A stretch of DNA of 64,000 bases, from positions 238,545,198-238,609,197 of the forward strand of contig NC_133622.1 in the NCBI RefSeq assembly GCF_048593235.1, read 5' to 3'. Origin of the DNA: Sminthopsis crassicaudata (lineage: Eukaryota). Shown here piece after piece: positions 13,401 to 24,150 of the stretch (position 1 is its first letter; every line of letters starts with the position of its first letter). Made by a program: the position numbers and the translations under genes. The notes beneath the pieces were generated by a model. The model made no database searches. It was not told the origin of the DNA and saw only the letters and a program-made list of their open reading frames with translations.

Positions 13401-15243
13401 TTTCTGTAAGTAGAAAAAAATTGGGGCACTCTGGTCTGAATACCTCAGTTCAAAAATAAGGAAGTAATTTTTCAGACATTACATCATTTATAAAGTCATT
13501 TATAAGTATATGTTTAAGGTCACACAAAAGGTGTCGATTGCTTTATGACTCTTCCCCAATATTACTTAACTCAAGAAATCATTATTGAAAAATATTGATG
13601 CATTTAAAGCACCTTGTTTTTCCATCAGGTTCCAATCATCCTTAGAAATTGACGAGGAAGTTGGAAATGAATACAGTATTAAAGAGACAAGCCAAAACAA
13701 TTTGTAGCAACCTTAATTTTAATGTCATTTTAAGATTCTATTTTAAATCTTTCTTTTGTCAATAATAGTTCATATAAGTATTATTATAGTATGCCAGAAA
13801 CCATAGACAGCTATCTGGATTAGAATTTTGATTTACTAGAACATGGTCTGGGTCTAAGCCTCATTGACAATATTTTGAGAATACAGATGCCAAAAAATTC
13901 GACGGAACTGACTTAACTTTCTTTTAACAGCAGGAAATGTCAGAATATAGAGTGTGAAAGTCAGGGTGTAATAGGTGGGATACAGTCCCTGCTCTAACCT
14001 GCAGAATAATGAAATGATATACTTGGGTTCCTCTCAAAAGTTGCTAATCTCAGATAAATAGTAGCAGTTAACATGTGTGCTTCATATATTCCTCAAATAG
14101 AGTAAGTTCCCTCCTTTTTTAATATATTTTAATATTATTTATTAGATTAAAACTTGTTTGTTTTAATTTACAAAATGAGTAGTTTGTATTAGGTGATGGT
14201 TAAGTTATTGTCTGATTTTAAATTTATATTATGATTCAAACTGAAGTTTTGTCATCTAGTAACAAAGTAAAGGGAATTTTTTTCTCCTTCAAAATCAAAA
14301 ATTACTCACACTAATTTCATGTCCTAATTCAGCAAAATTAGTTGGCTGTTGCTGTTAGTCCTGCTTCCAGAAATTGCTTAGATTGGAAAGGGTTTAAATT
14401 ACTAATAATATAATTTGCAAAGTGATTTGAATGCAATATTTAACTTGAGTCTAATACCAATAGCATTAGACACTAGAGATATTTATGTATATATGTATGT
14501 TATATTTGTATATAAGTTTATGTTTGTATTTGTGTCTATATTCTCACTTTACCTCCTTTCCTTTTCTCGCCTGTTCTTTCCATTGACTCCCCCCTGCCTC
14601 TATCCATTTCTCTCCTTAACTTGCTCCTCTTCCTTTAAAATTGTATTTATATTTTCAGTATTCTTTTAGAACTTTTCAGGACTAACAAGGATTTATTGAA
14701 TGAAATACAGAATTTAAATTTCACATGTTCTTTAGGAAATAAAATGAGATTTTGTAAAATAAGTGAGTCTGTTGAAAAAAATAACACATATGCTCTCCTT
14801 ATTTTAGTTTTTTAAAAGGGAAAGCATGAATTATTGGATACAAGCAACAATAAATGAACAATTAGTTCACTTCAGTTAGAAAGAAAACTAGAATTCAGTA
14901 ACTAGAATTTGTCTTAGTCCCTAAAGGGATTTCAGTGGGGTGAGTTGAATAGTAAACATGGAGGATAGAAGAAATAGCAAAATTCAATTCTCCCCCCTGA
15001 TATTTGCTGTATTTCTGACCTTCAGTGACTCATGCAACTTTTTAAAATTTCTGTCTCATGAATAAAATCAGACTAATCAAACCTAAAAAGCCCACCCCAC
15101 ATAATTTAATGGGGATAATAAAACAATATTTGACTTATTCTTTGGAACTACTAATTATGTGTTAAATATTACAATTTTCCCATTCAATATTTTAATGAAT
15201 GACTTGAAGAAAATCATATATGTAAGACATCATATTTTTGACA

Positions 15244-15562
15244 TTTTTTATTTTATTTGACAATTGCAAAACCATTTATTCCAATTTTCCCCCTCCTTCC
15301 TTCCACCCTTCCCCAGATGGCAGGTAGACCAATACATGTTAAATATGTTAAAGTAGATGTTAAATACAATATATTTATTCATATCCATACAGTTATTTTG
15401 CTGCATAAGAAGAATTGGACTTTGAAATAATGTACACTTAACCTGTGAAGGAAATCAAAAATGCAGGCACACAAAAATAGAGGGATTGGAAATGCTGCGT
15501 AGTGGTTCACACTCATTTCCCAGAGTTCTTTTGCTGGGTGTAGCTGGTTCTATTCATTATTG
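15244..15562 (-). mobile_element. L1 3' end, antisense
   Basis: Reverse-complement L1 3'UTR. Absent at the paralogous position upstream of 33907 and 45027. No clear TSD. Confidence 0.8.
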
Positions 15563-15740
15563 AAAAAATAATTTGCCATATATATATATATGTTGGTGAA
15601 ACAACTAATAATTTGGATGACAGTCAGTATATAATCAGATTTGACCTTCCTAGAATTCAACTCCCTTCTCTTCAAATTAGAGTAATTGTCCTGATAATCT
15701 CTAATGTCTCTACTATATTTTAATACATGTTGTACCATAA

Positions 15741-16129
15741 TGTCCAGGCTAGCTTTCTGGAGATTGCCTGGACAGGCTTTGGTCTCAGCAGGATAGACAC
15801 CATGAGGATAGTCAGGAATTGAGGCTAGAGTCTTTTTTGTCTCCTTCATAGTCTGTCACAGTCTGACCCTGTCTTGATCTTAGTGGAGGAGTGCAGGAGG
15901 TAGGAGAGCCACTAGAAGAATGGTCAAAGATGGAATGTCCCATTTCCAGTTCTCTCAGCCCTTAAATACCTCCTTATGATTGCATCATTAAGCATACTGA
16001 TTAGCATCACCATGCTAAGTACTAAGTATATGTAAACTAAAGAACCATCATCTCATCAATTGTACCTAGGTAACACCTTATAAGTGTTTTTCTTTCAGTG
16101 TACTTTTCCAGAGTTCTGAGCCTTCTACA
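15741..16129 (-). mobile_element. Solo LTR related to the element at 9972
   Basis: TG...CA termini. Shares blocks with 9972-10480 (gctagctttctggag, tctccttcatagtctgtc, tcaaagatgg). Absent from the paralogous upstream regions. No TSD recovered. Confidence 0.72.
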
Positions 16130-16431
16130 TTCTCACTATAGGGTTAAATAGGAGTCAGAAAGCTAACATAGTACCATACATCTTAATGGTTTTTTGGGGC
16201 TATCTATGCTTGAGTCCTAGAGGCTCAGAATAAGAGAGATGATAATTCCAAAGTACTCATCCATTGTTCACTCACACATGGATTATTGTGGTAATATATT
16301 TGAGAAAGATATTGATGCTCTCTAGCACACTCATAGAAGGTTAAACAGGAAAGTAAGCCATGGCAAAGAAAATAGCTTATAGGGCATATGAGAGCCATTA
16401 TAAATTATTTGTACTGCTTTTAGTCATTGGA

Positions 16432-16461
16432 AAGAGAGACAGACAGATAGAGACAGACAGA

Positions 16462-16531
<70 letters not shown>

Positions 16532-16592
16532 TACAGAGAGAGACAAACACAAAGAGACAGAGAGACAGACATAGACATAGACACAGACACAG
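16432..16592. repeat. Compound (GA)n/(GACA)n repeat
   Basis: Visible repeat. Homologous shorter GA-rich tracts lie at ~33128-33190 and ~44266-44325. Confidence 0.95.
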
Positions 16593-17059
16593 AGAAAATA
16601 GAAGTGAAAATAAATATTCATTATTCAGTTATTTATAAAGGGAAGTCAGATGATTATTTATCAGAGAAACTGTAAAACAAAACAGCAAGAGTAGGCTAAA
16701 ACATCTTACAAGTTCTTTCAAATATCTGAGGGCATATGAAAGGAATTACTGAGTCACAACAATCTAGTCCTGTATTATTTCTGATAGATTAGGATCTAAT
16801 CTATCACATCTAATCTAGCACATTGAGAGATTATCCCCCAAAATGTTATTTTTAGAAAGCTATGGAAGCAAGAATGGAGTTTATTTTTGAATGAGACAAT
16901 TATTAATACATCAAATAGAATAGTCAAATAAAAAAATTAATAAATAGATCTATGATCACATGATTCTATCTAATGGCACAGATTTCAATATACCCATATT
17001 CATCTATCCATTATCTTCCTCTAAATTTGTCACATGTATCAATGAACATTGCACAGTGC

Positions 17060-17270
17060 ACTTCTCTGCTTCTCTCTCTTTCTCTCTGTGTATCTCTGTC
17101 TATCTCTCCAGCTCTATTACTCTCTCCCTCTCTTCTTTCTCTCTTTCTGTCTCTGCCTCTGTCTGTCTCTTTCTCTCACAATTTCTACATTTATCTCTGT
17201 CTCTATCTCTGTTTTTTTCTTCGGTTCTGTCTCTCTTTCCCACACACATATATACACAGACACACAGACA
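17060..17270. repeat. CT-rich / CA low-complexity tract
   Basis: Visible repeat, homologous to the (CT)n tract at 44716-44775. Confidence 0.9.
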
Positions 17271-17420
17271 TGCACTGTGAGCAAAAAATGGGTTGAAGCA
17301 GATTAGGTAACTACTTTTTACTTAAATTTCTCCATCTAAAACTTTGAAAAGAGACATAATGGAAGTTTACCTATAGACAATGTTTCTATTGTGGTGACCT
17401 ATCAAATTCTGCTATAATAA

Positions 17421-17448
17421 TCATTCTTTTTTTTAAAATATTATCCAG
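17421..17448 (+). promoter_or_regulatory. Probable 3' splice acceptor of the 5'-UTR intron of the OR at 17479
   Basis: T-rich tract ending CCAG (CAG at 17446-17448), 30 nt before the ATG. The homologous CAG is kept in both paralogs. OR genes commonly have a 5'-UTR intron ending just before the CDS. Confidence 0.55.
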
Positions 17449-17478
17449 TTCTGTGTCCATCCTACTTGAGTCCTAAAG

Positions 17479-18402
17479 ATGAGAAACAATGTGACTGAAT
17501 TCATTCTGCTTGGACTAACACAAGACCCAGAGAAGCAAAAGATAGTATTTGTCATTTTCCTGGTGTTCTACACTGCCACTGTGTTGGGAAACCTACTAAT
17601 TATTGTAACAATCAAGACCAGTCCTACACTTGGTTCCCCTATGTACTTTTTCTTAACCTATTTATCCATTGCAGATTCTTGTTTTTCTACCACCACAGCT
17701 CCCAAATTGATCGTGGACAACCTTTCTCACAAGAACACTATTTCCTTTGATGAATGCATGACCCAGCTTTTTGCCATGCATTTCTTTGGCTGCATGGAGA
17801 TATTGGTCCTCATTTTAATGGCGTTTGATCGCTATGTAGCCATCTGCAAGCCTCTACACTACTCAGTCATCATGAACCAGAGGGTATGTGGGATTCTGAT
17901 TCTTCTAGCATGGATAGGGTCATTTCTGCATTCTATAGCCCAGATAATCCTTATCTTGAGTGTACCCTTCTGTGGTCCCAATGTTATTGACCATTATTTC
18001 TGTGACTTGCAACCTTTGTTGAGATTGGGATGCATGGATACATATGTATTAAATCTGCTAGTAGTTTCCAATAGTGGAGCCATATGCTCAGCAAGTTTCA
18101 TTTTGTTGATGATTTCCTACACAATTATATTACACTCCCTGAGAAATCATAGTGCAGAAGGGAAGCGCAAAGCTCTCTCTACCTGCAGCTCCCACATCAT
18201 TGTTGTCATCATATTTTTTGGTCCCTGTATATTCATGTATACCCGGCCTCCAACCACCTTCCCTCTTGATAAGTTGGTGTCTGTATTTTATACCATTATA
18301 ACACCCTTCCTCAATCCTTTGATCTACACCCTAAGGAATGAAGAAGTAAAAAATTCCATGAAGAAGCTATGGAGCACCCGAGTGACTTCACGGGACAAAT
18401 AA
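17479..18402 (+). CDS. OR4C11-like: Olfactory receptor OR4C11-like, intact, 307 aa
   Basis: All OR motifs are present (PMYFFL, MAFDRYVAICKPLHY, KALSTCSSH, PFLNPLIYTLRN), with an NVT sequon and conserved TM3/ECL2 cysteines. Confidence 0.95.
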   Translation: MRNNVTEFILLGLTQDPEKQKIVFVIFLVFYTATVLGNLLIIVTIKTSPTLGSPMYFFLTYLSIADSCFSTTTAPKLIVDNLSHKNTISFDECMTQLFAMHFFGCMEILVLILMAFDRYVAICKPLHYSVIMNQRVCGILILLAWIGSFLHSIAQIILILSVPFCGPNVIDHYFCDLQPLLRLGCMDTYVLNLLVVSNSGAICSASFILLMISYTIILHSLRNHSAEGKRKALSTCSSHIIVVIIFFGPCIFMYTRPPTTFPLDKLVSVFYTIITPFLNPLIYTLRNEEVKNSMKKLWSTRVTSRDK

Positions 18403-19299
18403 TATGCTAGTGCATATTATGTTTTTACTTTTCCAAAAATGATTGTTTCAGACTGGAAGAAGTGAAATTGATATTTAGTCATAAAGATAATATAGGGTTA
18501 CATGGACTTTTAGCAATATTTTAATTACTATTTCAATAACTATTTTTAAATTTGCATTGCCATATGTTTTATTTTATGCCTTTGAAAGTATTACTTTTTT
18601 GAACTTGAAAAAAATTAAAATAAGTCATTTACTTTGGTTTTATCATTATTTCTTAGAGTGGAACATATATTACTATAAAGACCTTTTGTATTTTATCTCA
18701 TATTGAACAAAAGGCAAAAAAAAATCATCAAAGAAAGATATTTTTGTGGTATAAAGAACAGAACATTGGATCTCAAGTCCATTCTTTCCTATTATTTTCT
18801 TGTGTGATTTGGGAAAATTACTTGTATTTTTTGTAATTTTGTTTTCTCAAAAGTAGAATAAACGTTTTGGACTATAGAACTTCTAGAGTCTTATATACTT
18901 CTAAATTGTTGGTCTTGTGAATATAGGATAAAAAGAAAACAATTCTGGGTGAAAAATTTAAACAAAATTTTTCACAAAGACACAAAGTGATAAGGAATCA
19001 AATGAAGAGAGATGAAATCTAAGGACTAGAATCTCCCATATTATTGTTAGTACTCACCATTTTACCTCTTAGAACCTCACTATGAAAACTTGCATTTTTC
19101 TACATTTGAATATACTAATCTTCATTCAAGACTGGTTGACAGAAAATTCTGAAAGACTTACAATATGTTATATGAATTTCTTGTATAATTTATATTTTTT
19201 CTGTTCTGAAAGCCAAAGATTCAAGCAAGAGAAACATTTACACATAGCCATATTAATATTGTTTTGTATGAATGTTTATAATGTATATATGTGTATGTG

Positions 19300-19770
19300 T
19301 TCATATTTATGTTTTAGGTATATATAGGTTGCATATAGATATATACATATGTGTGGGAAACTGTGAAAACATATATATGTATGTATGTATATATATGTAT
19401 ATATATATATATATGCACATATTGATATATACATACACAAACTTAAATATATCTGCGTTTAATTGTAGTTTGCTTTGGAAGAGTTGGGGAAGGGGAAAAA
19501 AAGAATTAATTAGAAATTGCACAAGAGAATGAAAGAATAACCCACAAGGAAGTAAAGAAAAGAGGTACAATCATGAATGTAATCTCTTCCATTACAATAA
19601 ATACTTTCTTGAAATGAAAATTTATTGTCACATATTTTGAATCCTGCCTGAACTGCTGGCCACATGAAACTTTTTTTTTTTCATTTCAGTTTCTTCTATC
19701 TTGTGTTTTCCATTTTGTTGTTGTTTTTTTAATTATCTTGCATTTACCTTAAAATAAATAAATATTTTAA
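19300..19770 (+). mobile_element. L1 3'-terminal fragment with an internal (TA)n/(TATG)n tract
   Basis: L1-type 3' end finishing aaaataaataaat at ~19752-19765, with a TA-rich repeat at ~19370-19435. Confidence 0.5.
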
Positions 19771-19799
19771 TATGTATACTTGTTATTAACAGACTATTT

Positions 19800-19990
19800 T
19801 TTTATAAATATCAAATCACTTTACTCTCATAATCTTTGAGAGTAGTGCTATTATCAATTTCCTTTTATAGGGAAAAAACTGAAGTACATAGAGATTAAGT
19901 AGCTTGTGAAGAGTCACACAAACTCAAGTTTCTGAGGTTGGATTTAAATTCTTGGCAAGGATTGCAGTGCTTTATCAACTTCACCTATCT
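19800..19990 (-). mobile_element. MIR/CORE-SINE
   Basis: Reverse-complement CORE motif (aaactgaag...ttaagtagcttg...gtcacac). Confidence 0.7.
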
Positions 19991-20039
19991 ACTTGCTTAT
20001 TGAGAAGTCAAGTAAAAAACAAATGGCTTTCAACTGAAA

Positions 20040-20400
20040 ATAAATTTGAGTACTATGTTTACTTTACAAGTTTGGACAATCTAATTCTAAATACATAAAA
20101 ATTAAAGAGGCCTTATGGAATAAGTTAACCAGATGTTAAAAGAAAAGGGAAGGGTATTGAAGACAGATACCTCTTTCACTTTTTCTTGGCTAAAATATCC
20201 AAGACACCAAGAACTATATAAACCCAATTAGACAACAGTTCTTACACAAATAAAATGAGATCTAAGCAATTGGAAAAATATCAATTGCTCCTGGGTAGAT
20301 CAAGATAATATAATATATATAACAATCCTGCCTAAATTGGTTTAATTATTTAGTGCCATACCAAAACTGCCAAAAATTATTTTTAGAACTAGAAAAATAT
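20040..20400 (+). mobile_element. L1 ORF2 fragment (post-RT region)
   Basis: Encodes a degraded WKNINCSWV...ILPKL...SAIPK...YFLELEK-type segment. Confidence 0.7.
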
Positions 20401-23400
20401 TTTTGCACTAATATTCATTAGGGAAATTGATCTTAATTTTCTTTCTCTTTTTTGACACTACTTGGTTTAGGTATCAGTACCATATCTATGTCATAAAAGG
20501 AATTTGGTAGAACTTATTTTTTTCCCTATTTTTCCAAATAATTTTCATAGTATTGGAATGAATTGTTTTTTTAAATGTTTGGTAAAATTCACATGTAAAT
20601 CCCTCTGGTCCTTGAGATTTTTTTTAAGAAGTTGATTAATAGCTTGTTCAATTTTTTTTTTTCTAAAAGGGGACTACTCAAATAATTTATTTTCTCTTCT
20701 GGACAATCTTAATCTGGACAATCAACATTTCACTTCATTTATCAGATTTACTAATAAACAGTTGGGCAAAATAACTTGTAATTATTGCTGTAATTTTCTC
20801 TTCATTGGTGGAAAGTTCACCCTTTTCACTTTTGATACTAACAATTTGATTTTCTTCTTTCCTTCCAATCAAATCAACTAAAAGTTTATCTATTTTGTTG
20901 TTTTTTTCATAACCAACTCTGTTTTGTTTATTACTTCAATAGTTTTCTGTCATTTTTACTAATCTCCCCTTTTATTTTCAGAATTTCAAATTTGCTATTT
21001 AATTGGCTTTTAATATTTTTATTTCTTGTTTTTTAAGTTGCATACCAAATTCATTGATCTTCCCTTTCTCTATTTTATGCAAAAGCATCTAGAGATACAA
21101 AAATTCCCCTATGAACTGCTTTGGTTGCATACCATAAATTTTGGCATGTTGTCTCATTATTATCACTCTCTTGGAAGAAATTATCAATTGTGTCTATGAT
21201 TTGTTGTTTCACAAACTCATTCTTTAAGATTAGATAATTTATTTTCCAATTAATATTTGATCTATTTTCCCCTGGCTCTTTATTATAGGTAATTTTTATT
21301 GCATAGTTATATGAAAAAGATGTATTTACTTTTTCTGCTTTCTGCCTTTGATTTTGAGGTTTTTATGCCCTAAGATATTGTCAATTACAAATACATTACA
21401 TGTGCCACTGAGAAAAACATATATCCTTAATCTGTTTCCATTCAATTTTCTCCAAGGATCTATCATACCTAACTTTTATAAAAGTCTATTTACCTCCTTA
21501 ACATCTTTCTTATTTATTTAGTGGCTTGATGTATCTAATTCTGAGCAATGAAGGTTGAGATCCCCCACTAGTATAGTTTTGCTATTTTTTCTTGCAGTTC
21601 TCTTAACTTTTCCTCTAGGAACTTGGATGCTATACCACTTGATACATAAACATTTATTATTCATATTGTTTCATTATCTATGATACCCTTAGCAGGATGT
21701 AGTTTTTGTTTTTTTTTTCTTATTTCTTTTATTTAGACGTATTTTTGCTTTTGCTTGATCTGAGATCAGGATGGCTATCAGTGCTTTTTTTTTTTTTTTC
21801 CCCAGCTGAACCATAATAGATTCAGCTCCAGCCTTTTACCTTTATTTTATGTGTATTTATCTGCTTTATATGTATTTCTTATAAGCAACATATTGTTGGA
21901 TTCTGGCTTTCCTCAATATGCCATCCTCTTTTACATGTACTCCCCACTTTTGTATCCTTTTCCCTTTCTAATTCTGTTTTCCATTCTATGGCTTTCCCCT
22001 TTCTTCTTCTATTTCCATATAGAATGAGACAAGTTTCTGTATTAAATAAAATATGTCTGAGCTTCTCTCTTTTAACCTAATACAGTGAGATTAACATTCA
22101 CATAATGCTCACTCCTCTCCTTTCCTTCAAATACAATACCTCTATTTTGCCTTTTCATGTGACATAATTTACTCTTTTTTACCTCCCCTTCCCTCTTCTT
22201 CCAATACAAATTCTTTTCCACCTGTAGCTTCTTTTAAATATTATCACAGTAAAATCAAAGTATACTTATATCCTATAAGTATACCCCTAACAAACTAACA
22301 GTTCTCAAGAGTTTAACATATTATCTTCCCATATAGGCATGTAAATATTTTAACCTTTAAAAACTATATTTTTCCCTTCCTTTTTACATTTTTATGCTTT
22401 TCTTGCATTCTATATTTGAAGATCAAATTTTCTGCTCAGCTCTAGTTTTTTTCATCAAAAATAAAATTAAAACTCCCTTTTTCATTGAATTGCCATCTTT
22501 TCCTCTGAAAGTTAATGTTTAAATTTGCTGGGTAGTTGTTTCTTGGTTGCATTCAAAGTTCCTTTACTTTCAGGAATATTATATTCATATGTAAAGGTAT
22601 TTTAAATATGAATATGATGGTTATTTAAAATGAAAGCAGCTAGATGCAGGGAAATACTGATTGTGTCTCCTTGATATTTGAATTGTTAATTTCTGGCTAC
22701 TTTCAGTGTTTTCTCCTTTATCTGATAATTTTGAAATTTACAACATTCTTTGGAGCTTTCATTTTTGGCTCTCTTTTATGAGGTGATCAGTGGATTCTTT
22801 AAATGGCTATTTTACCCTCTGGTTCTAGGATATCAGAGCAGTTTTCCTTGATGACTTCATGAAATATTTTGTCAAGACTCTGTTTTTTTTCATTGTGGTT
22901 TTCAGTTAGTCTAATAGAAGGATTATCTTGATCTATTTTCTAGGTCACTTGTTTTTCCTATGAGGCATTTTACCTTTTCTTTTCTTTTTTGGGGGGAGTC
23001 ACTTGATTGATTCTTTTTATTTTTATTGTCATTTACTTCCATTTTTTTCAATTATAATTTTTAGTGAATTATTTTCTTCAGTTACCTTTGTATCAGTTAT
23101 CAATTTATCAATTATCTTTTATATTTGGCCAATTAAACTTTTAAATAAATTATTTTTTTTCATTTCAGAAATTCTGTTTTTCAAGGATTTTATTTTGTTT
23201 TTCATTTCACCCAAACTATTCATTAAGGAGTGATTTTCTTCAGATAATTTTTGTTTCCTTTACCTTTACCTTTACTTTTACCAGTCTCTCATTTCCTTTC
23301 CTCACTTTTTCTTCTAAACTCCTTTAAGATCCTTGTTGAATTCTTCTATGAGAGGCCAAAAGGAGGCCAATTTGTATCACATTTTCAGATTGCATCTGGA

Positions 23401-23890
23401 GATATTTTGTCTTTAGTGTACTTAGGGTTTAATAATTGTACTTCTCTATCTCCATATAAGCTATCAATAGAACTCTTTTTGGGTTTTGCTCATTTTTAAT
23501 AGTTGAGGTCTGCTCTTAGGGAAAAGGGGAGATTGTTTAAATCTTGGCTACAGTGGTATCACATTGCTGTGGAACCAGTGCTGCTACAGGCTTAGTCCAT
23601 GTGCTTGCTGAGCCTGACCAAGTCTCATCTGTTGTGCTGGATTGCAAAGGAACAATATTTGCCTTTTGTAGTTGGAATTGGGAATCTCACAGCTGTTCAG
23701 TCAATCCACTGGCTTCTGAACCAAGACAGAAAAGCCAACACTGATGTATTTTGGCTAAGGACATCTGGTAGATTTCCCCACCATGGGAATTCCACTTTGT
23801 ACTGGGTCCTATACTTGCTCTTGGCTACCTTCCATCCCCCCCATCCTTTCCCCATGTTTTCAAATGAAACAGACATTTTCTGAAATTATT
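20401..23890 (-). mobile_element. L1 5' half, inverted (5'UTR, ORF1, EN domain, start of RT)
   Basis: On the minus strand: ORF1 ATG at 23493 (atgagcaaaacccaaaaagag), EN-like IDNILGHKNLK at ~21335-21375, and RT-like RSISLMNISAK ending at 20401. Confidence 0.85.
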
Positions 23891-23929
23891 TCACCAGCAT
23901 CAAAAAATGAAAAGGATTAACTGACTTTC

Positions 23930-24150
23930 ATTGTGCTGCAAGATAATTATATAAATATATCTATCTATTAAGATTTAATTCAATATACATTTTAACATGT
24001 TTAACATACATTGAATTGCTTGCCATCTAGGGGAGGAGGTGGGGAGGAAGGAGGAAAAAATCTGAAACACAAGGCTAAACAAGGGTCAAAGTTGCCAAAT
24101 TATGCATGAACATCTATTGAAAATGCAAAAGCTTAAAAATAAAAAAAAAA
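23930..24150 (+). mobile_element. Short L1 3' end with poly(A), at the inversion junction
   Basis: L1 terminal 3'UTR module ending aaaaataaaaaaaaaa just before 24151. Confidence 0.75.

Noticed and set aside
16360-17306. ORFs rich in ER/SL/CL repeats (also 4027-4365, 41367-41852, 44525-44815, 54012-54460, 60817-61227)
   Set aside because: They are translations of microsatellites, low-complexity tracts or L1 sequence, or they read through N gaps.
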